Source: Octopus vulgaris
Taxonomy: Eukaryota
Reading direction: 5' to 3'
Length of the DNA stretch: 64,000 bases
Assembly (NCBI GenBank): GCA_951406725.2
Contig: OX597830.1
Location: 55,614,001 to 55,678,000, forward strand
Part shown: positions 43,501-54,386 of the stretch, piece after piece
Numbering within the stretch: position 1 is the first letter of the stretch
Layout: the number at the start of each line of letters is the position of its first letter
Notes under the pieces: model-generated
Database searches by the model: none
Seen by the model: only the letters and a program-made list of their open reading frames with translations
What the model was told of the DNA's origin: nothing
Program-made: the position numbers and the translations under genes

Positions 43501-43944
43501 GAGGTTTCAAACTTCAACGGGAATGTACAAATTTGAAATCGCAAAAACAGTTTATATTATTGTTTTTGATCTTAACTACAACTTTTCTAAGAGTTCTCCA
43601 AAAAGAAGCTCGAAAATTTTCAAATAATATCAGCACCCACCCACTATAAAGACCATAAACCGATAAGAGAGCTTCAGAGTGGTCACTTTGCCTGTTAGAA
43701 ACAACAGCTAGAAACACTGGATATCACGTTCTCAAAAAAAAGGAAGAAAGTCATTTCTGGAATGCCTTTCATCATCAGTTTGCTTAATCAGGGTTGACGT
43801 GGAGTTAAATAACAACAAAAATATCTTTATTGTGCTGCTCAGTTGGCAAAGCCGTTATATTCGACATAATGTTATGTTATTGCTAATAGTTTGTGTTATT
43901 TAGAGGATACGATTAAGAAACCGTTTTGCTTGTTTCTATTTCAG

Positions 43945-44098
43945 GTCTCCCGTATGAATGTTACCAAAATAATCCACGCCAGCTTTACTCAAAACGTGGA
44001 CGAACTGAATTCACCAAAGTCGCTTTCGACGTTGCTGCTAACAGCATAATGAGAAATGACTTCACGTTTGCTCACACATATGGACCTAACAATATCAG
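43945..44098 (+). CDS. Exon 3, GON domain (SLPYECYQNNPRQLYSKRGRTEFTKVAFDVAANSIMRNDFTFAHTYGPNNI)
   Basis: Acceptor tttctatttcAG, donor AG|GTATCG at 44099, phase 1-2. Matches the GON motif G.T.F.KV..D......DFTFA.T.G. Confidence 0.9.
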
Positions 44099-45546
44099 GT
44101 ATCGCTATGTTTAATTAAAGCCTCAGTAAATGCTTCGTGGAATGGTGGGGAAGCTTTTGATAAGACATGTATTGAAAGTCAGTGTTTTCATGATGGATGT
44201 ATAAAGAGTAATAATGTGGTGTTTTTCTCAAAAATATTTTCAAAGAGAAAAGTGCAAAAACTGCAACTGTGAATTGAAACCATGAGAGGCGAAGTTCTGG
44301 CTTAGCAAGACACGAAAGAACAGAGTCCACCATATTTTGGGGAAGCCTCCAAGTTTGATAGGAAAAAGGGTGGAAATTGTTCTATCAGGAATCCAAACCT
44401 AAATCCTTGCAACAGTACAGACTCAGCTAAAAGTACTCAGGAGTCATGGAGGTGCGTGGCCTAGTGGTTAGGATGCTGAATTCATGATCGTAAGATTGTA
44501 GATTCGAATACTGGATCAGATGATGTGTTGTGTTCTTGAACAAAACGCTTCATTTCACGTTATTCCAGTCCACTCAGCTGGCAAAAATGAGTAATACTGC
44601 CATGGATTGGCGTCCCTCAAGTTGGGGAATATATACGCCATGAAACCGGGAAACCGGCCCTTATGAGTCAACATGACTTGTGAAGGAAACTTTGCTTCTC
44701 CTTTTTTTACCCAAGAGTCAGGCGGTAGTGTTCAATTGGATTAAGGATTAAGTTTACACCTTATCGCTGAGTGCCTACATATTACACCAGAACGCTTAGC
44801 GTTTAAGTTTTTTTTTTACGCCGCACAAATCGTCCATATTCTAGTTCAAGCGGAGCATAGCAAGTTATGAAATTCATGTTTTTCTTCCAAAAGCAGTAAG
44901 AGTGAAAAATTAATTGAATTTCTATAGTCAGCCATTAAATCTGGTTCGAAATTCATTAGGAATACTTGGGAGATACCAGTAAAAATTTGACTCCTAAAAT
45001 GGATGTCAATCAAAGATAACTCTTGCAGCAATCGAACAGACGACACAAAAAGACGATGATCTTCTTTGACATAACACCACTCATTCATTCAGAGGCATAG
45101 TTAGGAGTATTTTTGACTCAATGCTCACTCAGTAATCAGCGTTTTGCTAATTCTGCTACTCGATGTTTCTGCTACACCACAACGATATATAATTCTTTAA
45201 AAACATTGTCGTAATGACCATATATGTAGGGTAGAGGTTTAGTCGATTGTTTCACGTCGACCTCAGTTCATAATTTGAATTCTGAATGTAGGAAAGGAGC
45301 TGCTTTCTAACAAAATAACAAAAGCGCTATGAACTCATGCAAGAAAAGTAAGCGAAGGTCCTATTTTGTCATGTTCATAATTAACGGAACCTATGCTTCA
45401 AGAATGTTTTCTGTCTGAAATAAGTAGAAAATTATTAAAGAGCATACATCAGTTATTAAGTATGTCGAAATTCGCTTAAAATATAATTAAAATACTAAGA
45501 AAAGATTGCGTTTCAAAACGCAACACTTATTTTCGGAACAACCTAA

Positions 45547-45618
<72 letters not shown>

Positions 45619-45909
45619 CGTGCGTGTGTGTGTGTGTCGGTGTCGGTGTATGTGTCTGTGTGTGTCTGTAAATATTTTCATATATATATATATGTATATA
45701 TGTATGTATGTACATATATGTGTACGTATGTACACACCTATATGTATACATATATGCATATACATACATAATATATATGTATATGTACATACATATATAA
45801 ATATATGCATATACATCATTATAAATATATATATACACATATATACATGTATATATATATATGTATGTATGTATATATATATATGTATGTATGTATATAT
45901 ATAAATATG

Positions 45910-45951
<42 letters not shown>

Positions 45952-46199
45952 GGTCCCGGGTTGAGTCGGGGTTAACCACAGTAAATAAGGTACTCAATAC
46001 ATAGCAGAGTAAATTAATTTATTTCATAGAAGGAGCTTCTAAGAATGATAGTTTGCGCCATGCCTACCCCAAAAAGTCCCCCACCACCACCCCTTTAAAC
46101 CTGCCTAAATGTATAAATGCCAAAACTATTCTTGTCACCTAGCTTCCTGATGATTTCTTTTGAATGAAACAGTTCTAGTCCTGTAGAAGCTCCTTCTAT

Positions 46200-46284
<85 letters not shown>

Positions 46285-46307
46285 GCTATTGTTTTCTTTT
46301 TTATTAG

Positions 46308-46480
46308 TTACGGAACAGCTGGTGGCATGTTCAGTCCCTTACCGCGATGTCGACCCCATGGCGTATTCAGTATTGATCTGACTGGAACACCGTTTATAAT
46401 ACACCAGAAAGCGAGATGGAAATGGGACGGACAGTTCCAAGATGGCGCAAATAATGGGACGGTAATCTTAAGCAAGTACG
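46308..46480 (+). CDS. Exon 4, GON domain (SYGTAGGMFSPLPRCRPHGVFSIDLTGTPFIIHQKARWKWDGQFQDGANNGTVILSKY)
   Basis: Acceptor ttttctttttttattAG, donor G|GTAAGT at 46481, phase 2-1. Matches the GON motif YGTAG..S...C.P.G.FSIDL.GT.F.....W...G. Confidence 0.9.
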
Positions 46481-46659
46481 GTAAGTATATGACTAAGTGC
46501 CTGCAAGAGTTGCAAGGCATATTTTTATACTAGTGTTACCGTGCCTCTTATGAAGGCGCATGGCTCGGTGGTTAGAGCGTCGAGCTTACGATCGGGAGTG
46601 TGCGAGTCCGAATCCCGGACCGAGCTGCGTGTTGTCTTCTTAAGCAAGACACTTTATTT

Positions 46660-47203
46660 ATGTCACCCTGGTGAGACCCATATTGGAGTATGGGATTCAA
46701 GCCTCTTCTCCTTATCTCCTCAAAGGCATACAGCATCTCGAAAGAGTCCAGAAGCTGGCTACCCGCATGGTTCATGGTCTCAAAAATTTGTCCTACGAAG
46801 AAAGGCTGAGGACGCTCGACCTTTATTCTCTTGAAAAACGCCGCCGCCGTAGTGATCTCATTCTCGCCCACAACATCATAAGCGGAAAGTGTAACCTCTC
46901 GAAAGAGCTGTTCTTCACTCCTGCTCCAGAGCGTCGGCTGCGGGGTCATTCCGAAAAGCTCTACCTGCGACGATTTCATCTCAATCGAAGGAGAGGAGCT
47001 TTCTCCGTCCGGGTTGCGGATCCGTGGAACAAGCTGCCAGACGAGATGGTGAAGATGCCAACGACCGCTTTGTTCAAAGCCTCCCTGGACCTCAAGTGGC
47101 CTGAACTCTTTACATGAACACCACCCTGTACTTAACTCCATGTCCCCCTACATGGCCTTGCTATTTGCTTTTGAGCCAAATTAACTAACTAACTAACTAA
47201 CTA
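46660..47203 (+). mobile_element. 5'-truncated CR1-group LINE inserted into a SINE
   Basis: ORF RPILEYG...LERVQKLATRMV.GL..LSYEERL..LDLYSLEKRRRR.DLI, with (aact)n tail. The SINE head at 46553-46659 (...caagacactttatt) resumes at about 47204 (tttcacattgctcca...). Confidence 0.9.
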
Positions 47204-47614
47204 TTTCACATTGCTCCAATTCACTCAGCTGTAGAAATGAGTTGCGACATCACTGGTGCCAAGCTGTATCGGCCCCTTTGCATTTCCCTTGGATAACATC
47301 GGTGGCGCGGGGAGGAGAGGATGGTATGCATGGCCGACTGCTGGTCTTCTATAAACAACCTTGCCCGGACTTGTGCCTCGGAGGGTAACTTTCTAGGTGC
47401 AATCTCATGGTCAGTCATGACCGAAGGGGCTCTCAACAGCAGCATGCCTCTATGTAGTTCCTATGAACCCAATTACACTCACAATTTATCGGTTGACCTG
47501 AGGCTGTAGAAAATGGCATTTGTCTCAATATCTTTAGCCTCGTCATTGCAACTGCGCCCATACACACAAGCGCATGTGCAACATACAACACACAGAATTT
47601 AATATATATATATG

Positions 47615-47712
<98 letters not shown>

Positions 47713-47757
47713 TTATTTTATATCTTAAAAATATTGATTATATTTTAGATTTTGAAA

Positions 47758-47820
47758 CCACCTGAAGAATGATTACTACTCAAAGATGTGATGAAAGAAG
47801 ACATGAAACGATCGTAGTGG
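47758..47820 (+). ncRNA. Minimal type I hammerhead ribozyme motif
   Basis: ccac CTGAAGA atg...cat GAAAC gatc GTA gtgg: stem I ccac/gtgg, intact core, palindromic stem III ACGATCGT, GUA cleavage triplet. Stem II is short. Confidence 0.62.
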
Positions 47821-48182
47821 ATAATAATAATTGTTAACTTTCTAAATAATATAAATTAATTTATGTATTGGCTTGAGTCTTTCTTTGTTTGATTTGCATA
47901 ATAGTGGTTTTGTCTCTAATTTAATATAATATATATATATATATATATATAATCCTTTCTACTATTCAAGGTCTGAAATTTTCCGGCAAATTTTCGCCAG
48001 TCTTTACGTTCTAAGTTCAAATTCCATCGAGTTCGACTTCACCTTTTATCATTTCGGGATTGATAAATTAAGTACCAGTGGAGTTCTGAGGTCGATGTAA
48101 TCGACTTAACCCCTTCCCCAAAATTTCAGACCTTGTACCTCGAGTAGAAAGGATTATGATTATTTTTTTTTTTTTTTTTCAG

Positions 48183-48313
48183 AATATATAGGTTGCTTTA
48201 AAGACATCAGAAAAAGTGTTCTTCCAATGTTGCGCTGGTCAAGTTTACATATGACCATAGAAAAATGCATTCTTAGTTGCAAAAAGGGCGGATATTATTA
48301 TGCTGGTCTGGAG
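48183..48313 (+). CDS. Exon 5, WSC domain N-half (EYIGCFKDIRKSVLPMLRWSSLHMTIEKCILSCKKGGYYYAGLE)
   Basis: Poly-T then cAG acceptor, donor GAG|GTAAGT, phase 1-0. Classic WSC pattern YIGCF.D...MT.E.C...C...GY.YAGLE. Confidence 0.92.
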
Positions 48314-49177
48314 GTAAGTTCAGCATAGATGGTTGTGTGGTACGAAGCTTGCTTCCCAACCACGCGATTTCAATATTTGTTCTACTGCGCGGTATAAATT
48401 TCTTGGTGAAGTGTCTTCTATTATTGCCCCGGGCGAACCAAAGACTTGTGAGTGGATTTGGTATGCGGAAACAGAAACAAGCCTATCGTGCGCGCATGTG
48501 TGTGTGTATGTGTGTCTTTGTGTTTGTCTGTTTCCCTACCACCGTTTGACAACCGGTGTTGGTTTGTATACGTTCCCATAGCATAGCAGTTTGGCAAAAG
48601 ACACCGATAAAAGAAATAGAGGGGGTAAAAATAGCCGCAAATAAAAGAGTGACACAAGTAAAGAAAAAATAAAAGGGATGCACACACACACAAACACACA
48701 TACACAACCCCCCCCCCCACAGACACACACACAAACGCACACACAATGGCCGTCTCCAAGAAAATTGAGCTGTATTAACCAGCCTAGACGACGGGTCAGG
48801 GATTTGTATTGTAATAAGGGCGATATAACGTACCCATAATGCAGATACATCCAAAGATCCATGACCAAGACACTCAGCTGTCAACAATCTTAGTCTATCA
48901 AGTTGTACCACAGTATGCTACAATAATCCTCTGAACTGTATCCGTGACGAAGTCACTTGACCGTCAGCAATACAGTTCACCTAGATGTGTATGTGTGTGT
49001 GTGTGTGTGTGTGTGCGTACTCTAATATCGATGAGTGAGAATGAGTGCTCAGCACTACATTGGAGGATGAATGACCCGACCTTGTTATTTTTTGTATCAT
49101 CTATCTGGATATTTTGTTGTCCCTTTTTGTATCACCTGGTTGTCCGGATGTTTTGCGTTCTTGTCCCATTTTGTATT

Positions 49178-49229
<52 letters not shown>

Positions 49230-49330
49230 AGTAGCTATAAGCAAATTGATTGAAACTAAGATATCCGCCTATATGTTTGCACTCATGCACTAGAGATTAT
49301 CCATTGTACTATTATCGTCTTCCTTTGCAG

Positions 49331-49460
49331 AATGGAAGATTTTGTTCCTGTGGAAATAGCTACAGCAAAGGGGGTGTGTCCAAACGGTGTACCGCGCGCT
49401 GCAGTGGTCAACGCTATCGAAAATGTGGTGGTTACTTAGCCCTCTCCGTTTACACTGCAG
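49331..49460 (+). CDS. Exon 6, WSC domain C-half (NGRFCSCGNSYSKGGVSKRCTARCSGQRYRKCGGYLALSVYTA)
   Basis: Acceptor cttcctttgcAG, donor G|GTATGT at 49461, phase 0-1. WSC pattern G..C.CG.....C...C.G.....CGG....SVY. Confidence 0.92.
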
Positions 49461-50517
49461 GTATGTAATAGCAAAGGCTTTAAATATTAATCGCGTGTAT
49501 AATTTCTCTGTTTCGTGATTTGTTTTTTGTTTTTTAATTTTTAATTTTAATTTAATTTAATTTAATTTTTATTGACTCAGAAAGTAAGGACATGTAGGGG
49601 GAGGATGGTCATACAAAAAGTTCAGGCCATATCCGGTCAAGTGAGACTTTGAACCGAACGGTCGTCGGCATCTTCACTATCTCGTCCGGCAGTTTATTCC
49701 ACGAATCCGCAACCCGGACGGAGAAAGCCCCTCTCCTTTTTTTTATGTTTGTTTTCAAGGGGATGTCTGTTTCAAATTATTAAGAAGGTTGTTGGCATGG
49801 CTATGTTTAGTTAAGAAGTTGTCTTAGCCAGCACATAGTTTCGGGCTCGGTCCCACGGCGCGGTACCTTGGGCAGGTGTCTTCTTCAATAGCCCCGGTCC
49901 GACCAATACCTTGGGAGTGAATTTGAATGGGGGGGGGTAACTTGTAGAAGCCCGTTGCATATATATGTGTACGTGCGTGCGTGCGCATGTGTAAGTACGT
50001 GGGTGTGTTTGTGGTTGTCTTTGTGCAAGTGCCTGTCCCCTTTTTCTACCACTTGGTAACCGATGTTGGTTTGTTTATGTCGCCTTTATTTACAGGTACG
50101 GCTTAAGAGACCGATAGAGTTTTTACTAAACTTCAAAAATACATAGTGAGGTTGATTTGTTTGAGTAAAATCCTCAGGGATGGTATCCTAGGGTGGCTGC
50201 AGTCCAATGACCGAAACAAAAGATAAAGGATAAATATATTTGCGAATCATATATAATTGCATCATACATTTAATTTTCAGTTCGAAAAAAAAAAGGCAAC
50301 TTATTGGGTCTATCTGATATCGTTCAAGCCATTTTATTATGCATACATTTAGACACATTCATACTTACATATACATACATCGACTACAGTAGAAAGCGAG
50401 TGAAAATGTAGCATCGTCTGTTGGATTCAAACATCGCATCTTCCGTACCACACCAATGTAACACAACAGATTTGACTTTCCAAATTAGAACCCTTAACTA
50501 AGTAACTAAGATTATAC

Positions 50518-51122
50518 ATACCTATTTCTTTACTGCCCACAGGGGGCTAAACACAGAGAAGACAAACAAGGACAGACAAAGGGATTAAGCCGATTATATC
50601 GACCGCAGTGCGTAACTGGTACTTATTTAATCGACCCCGAAAGGATGAAAGGCAAAGTCGACCTCGGCGGAATTTGAACTCAGAACGTAACGGCAGACGA
50701 AATACCTAGTTCTTTACTACCCACAAGGGGCTAAACACAAAGGGGACAAACAAGGACAGACAAAGGGATTAAGTCGATTACATCGACCCCAGTGCGAAAC
50801 TGGTACTTTATTTATCGACCCCGAAAGGATGAAAGGCAAAGTCGACCTCGGCGGAATTTGAACTCAGAACGTAACGGCAGATGAAATACCTAGTTCTTTA
50901 CTACCCACAAGGGGCTAAACACAAAGGGGACAAATAAGGACAGACAAAGGGATTAAGTCGATTACATCGACCCCAGTGCGAAACTGGTACTTTATTTATC
51001 GACCCCGAAAGGATGAAAGGCAAAGTCGACCTCGGCGGAATTTGAACTCAGAACGTCACGGCAGACGAAATACCGGCAAGCATTTCGCCCGCCGCGCTAA
51101 CGTTTCTGCCAGCTCGCCGCCT
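50518..51122 (-). mobile_element. SINE family B with three tandem 184-bp body units
   Basis: Unit starts recur at 50521, 50705 and 50889. Single head at about 51075-51122. Confidence 0.9.
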
Positions 51123-51229
51123 TGTTCGTGTGTGTATATGTTTATGTGTATATGCAAGTGATTGTGTGTGTGCTTGAGCTTCTGTTTGTGTCTGTAATTG
51201 TGTATCTATGTGTGTGCATGTGTTTGTGA

Positions 51230-51322
<93 letters not shown>

Positions 51323-51371
51323 CATGTACATCTACATATCTAATTATTGATACACTTGCTTTCTTTTCCAG

Positions 51372-51495
51372 GAGAATCTCACTACCGAATAGGCAAGTGT
51401 GGTGGATACCCAGCTAAATGCTACCCCGTCATGACTGACGGACAAGAAAGGGATCTCTTGTTTCTGCAATTAAATCCCACTCACCCATGCAAACA
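51372..51495 (+). CDS. Exon 7, end of GON domain and start of EGF (GESHYRIGKCGGYPAKCYPVMTDGQERDLLFLQLNPTHPCK)
   Basis: Acceptor ttcttttccAG, donor GTAACT at 51496, phase 1-2. GKCGGYPAKCYP resembles the GON C-terminal GKCGGYCGKC.P motif. Confidence 0.85.
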
Positions 51496-52456
51496 GTAAC
51501 TATGTTGTTGTTGTTGTTGTTGTTGTTCTGGTTCATGTTCTTCTTTCTAGTGTGATGGTTGTTGCTGCTTTTGTTTGTTTGTTTGTTGAGGGTAGGAAGT
51601 CGGGGACAAGAAACGGGAAGAAAAAGTGAGAGAAAGTTGAAAGTTGGAGCGAATGAGTACAACAGGGGTCGCCACCACCCCCTGCCGAAGCCTCGTGGAG
51701 CTTTAGGTGTTTTCGCTCAATAAACACACACAACGCCCGGTCTGGGAATCGAAACCGCGATCCTCCGACCGTGAGTCCGCTGCCCTAACCACTGGGCCAT
51801 TGCGCCTCTGGTTGTTGCTGCTGTTTTTGTTGTTGTTGCTCTTGGTAGTGGTGACGCTGCTATTTTTGTTAGTGTATTTAAAGTCTCTATATTCTTTCTC
51901 TCTGAAAAAGCACAAAATTTCAAGCCCTTGTTCATATTATTCTTGTTGCTAACTCAACTGCAGTGAGATGTGAAACAACTGACGTTTCGGACGTAAATCT
52001 TTCTTCGGAGAACAAAGAATATAAAGGACAAATATGACATCGTTATTAAAGTTTCTGTTATCTTTCTCACTGAAGAAGCACAAATTTCTTTGTTCTAGTT
52101 CATGTTGTTCATGTTGCTAATATAGTGGTTGTTGTTGCTATTTCTGTTACTACTGTTGTTATTGTTGTTGTTGTTGTTATGTTGTTGTTGTTGTTGTTGT
52201 TGTTGTTGCTATTGCTATGGTAGTAAATGGCGTTGTTATTTGCTGCTGCTGTTATTATTCATAAGGATAGTGTTGCTGTGATTATTGTTACCGTTGCTGC
52301 TGCTGTTGCTGCTGCTGCTACTGCAGCTACTACTATTGATGTTGCTGTTGCAAATTATGATGTTGCTGCTTCTGTTATTGCTGTTGATGATGTTGTTGCA
52401 ACTGTTACTGTTGTTGTTGTTGTGGTTGTTTTTGTTGTTGTTGTTTTTGTTGTTGT

Positions 52457-52503
<47 letters not shown>

Positions 52504-53364
52504 TTGTTGTTGTCGTCGTCGTTGTTGTTGTTGCTGTTCATTTCTATCAAGTGTTTTATGAAAGTCGACTGCTTCTATGATATGAATTTCCCTGTTTTAA
52601 AGTAAGCCAAATTCAACCGTCCATTGTACCTTCATGTTAGTTTACGTTCCCAACTTCAGCTTTATAATGGTAAAGATCTTTTTTTATTAAATCCTCCGTT
52701 ATTTTCAAAATTAATTGAAACAAATAATTCAGTATAATTTCGGTGTGAATATGGCAATAAAAGAGTTAATTTTCTGCCATAGTTTATTATGTTTGTTACC
52801 TTATACTAAACCAAATGTACTTGTACCTATTTTTTAGATACTTTCACGGACTTATTTAACCACCACCACCCATCACGTAATAATACTTATGGAAACAATT
52901 ATAGAAAACGTGAACTTGTATAAGAAAATCTTAGTCGATTTTATTCATCAAATATTTTTCTGCTCACTGATAAACATATTTTAACCCTAGCAAAGACTTT
53001 TTAATGCGTTTAAAATATAACGTACCTAAGAAATTTCCGGAACTCCCTAAATATTTGGTGCCCCTCGTGGATAGCTGCCACTTACTTTCGATTTCACAAC
53101 GCCACAAGGGACTGCTTCAACTCAGTTTTAAAACAAAAAAAAATTAAACGACGCTTTCGCTGTTCGTTGCTTCAATGGCACCGATTCTTATAGTATTTAT
53201 TGACAGCAAGCCACAACAATTGTAGAATAGTATTAGGTCCCTATTTCCATGATCCCTACACCGGACAACTACTCAAAATGCCCCTGCCTTCTGATAACAC
53301 TGGTTTTACCATTATTCCGACTTATTTGCTTTTTCTTTTCTTTTTTTTTTTTTTTTGTTTTTAG

Positions 53365-53468
53365 AAAAATCTGTGCTCCTTTCGGAATATGCATTGCAAC
53401 GACCAGCGATGGATTCTTTTGTCAATGTCCCACTGGATTTTCAGGATCCCGATGTCAAACGAGAACAG
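53365..53468 (+). CDS. Exon 8, EGF-like domain (QKICAPFGICIATTSDGFFCQCPTGFSGSRCQTRT)
   Basis: Poly-T tttAG acceptor, donor G|GTTAGT, phase 2-1. With the PCK from exon 7 it gives a 6-Cys EGF ending C.CP.GF.G.RC. Confidence 0.9.
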
Positions 53469-54309
53469 GTTAGTGAAATATGGAATAATGACTGGGTTAA
53501 TTATCTTAGGTGAGGCACATACAGCCCTTCTGTTTCGATCCGATAACATATTCTGTGTCGGAACATACAGTGTTGGCTAAAGACTATTATAGATAGACGC
53601 AGGCATGGTCAGGTGCAAGGCATGGCTGTATGGTCAAGAAAACCACTTTGCAAGGATTTAGTTTTAGGTTCAATCCCACTGCGCAGAACCATGGGCTAGT
53701 ATTTTCTATTATAGCACTGAGGCCGACCAATGCCTTGTGAGTGAATTTGTTAGATGGAAGCCTATGTATATATGTGTTTGTGCGTGTGTGTGTGTGCGTG
53801 CGCGCCTTTGTGTTTCCTGAGCCGCTGCCTTTGACAACTGCTGATGGTAACTTGGCAGTTCGACATAAAAGATCGATAGAATGAGCACCATACTTTAAAA
53901 ATTAAAAAAAAATTAATACTTGTATCTATTTCTTCACCTACAGCAGAAAAAAAACCCTTCAAAGCGTTGCCCCAGCATGGCCGCAGTCCAAAGATTGAAA
54001 CAAGTCAAGTATAAAAAACTATGTTCGTTATACAGCAATGAAACGAAGCACTTTTAACAAGTCTTTTATCTTTTATCTTTAACTTGTTTCAGTCATTGCA
54101 ATGCGGCCATGATGGGGCTCCACCTTAAAGAATTTGTATTCACCCTGGAACTTATTTTTGAAAGCCCAGAACTTATTTTCTTGGTCTCTTTTGTTGAAGC
54201 GTTAAGTCACGGGGACATAAACACACCAACACCAGCTGTCAAGTCGTGGTGGTAGGGGACAAACACCGACACAAAGACACACATAGACACAGATATAGAC
54301 ATAAACATA

Positions 54310-54360
<51 letters not shown>

Positions 54361-54386
54361 AAGGGTGGAAAGGAACACACGAGTTG

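Noticed and set aside
50518-51122. Regular repeats resembling a CRISPR array
   Set aside because: Full-length tandem SINE units with no unique spacers, in eukaryotic DNA.
49421-51410. KCGGY occurs in both exon 6 and exon 7, suggesting exon duplication
   Set aside because: CGG is independently conserved in WSC and GON, and the flanking sequence is not similar.
51730-51808. tRNA-like sequence with A and B boxes
   Set aside because: It is the head of a dispersed SINE present several times in the window, not a tRNA gene.
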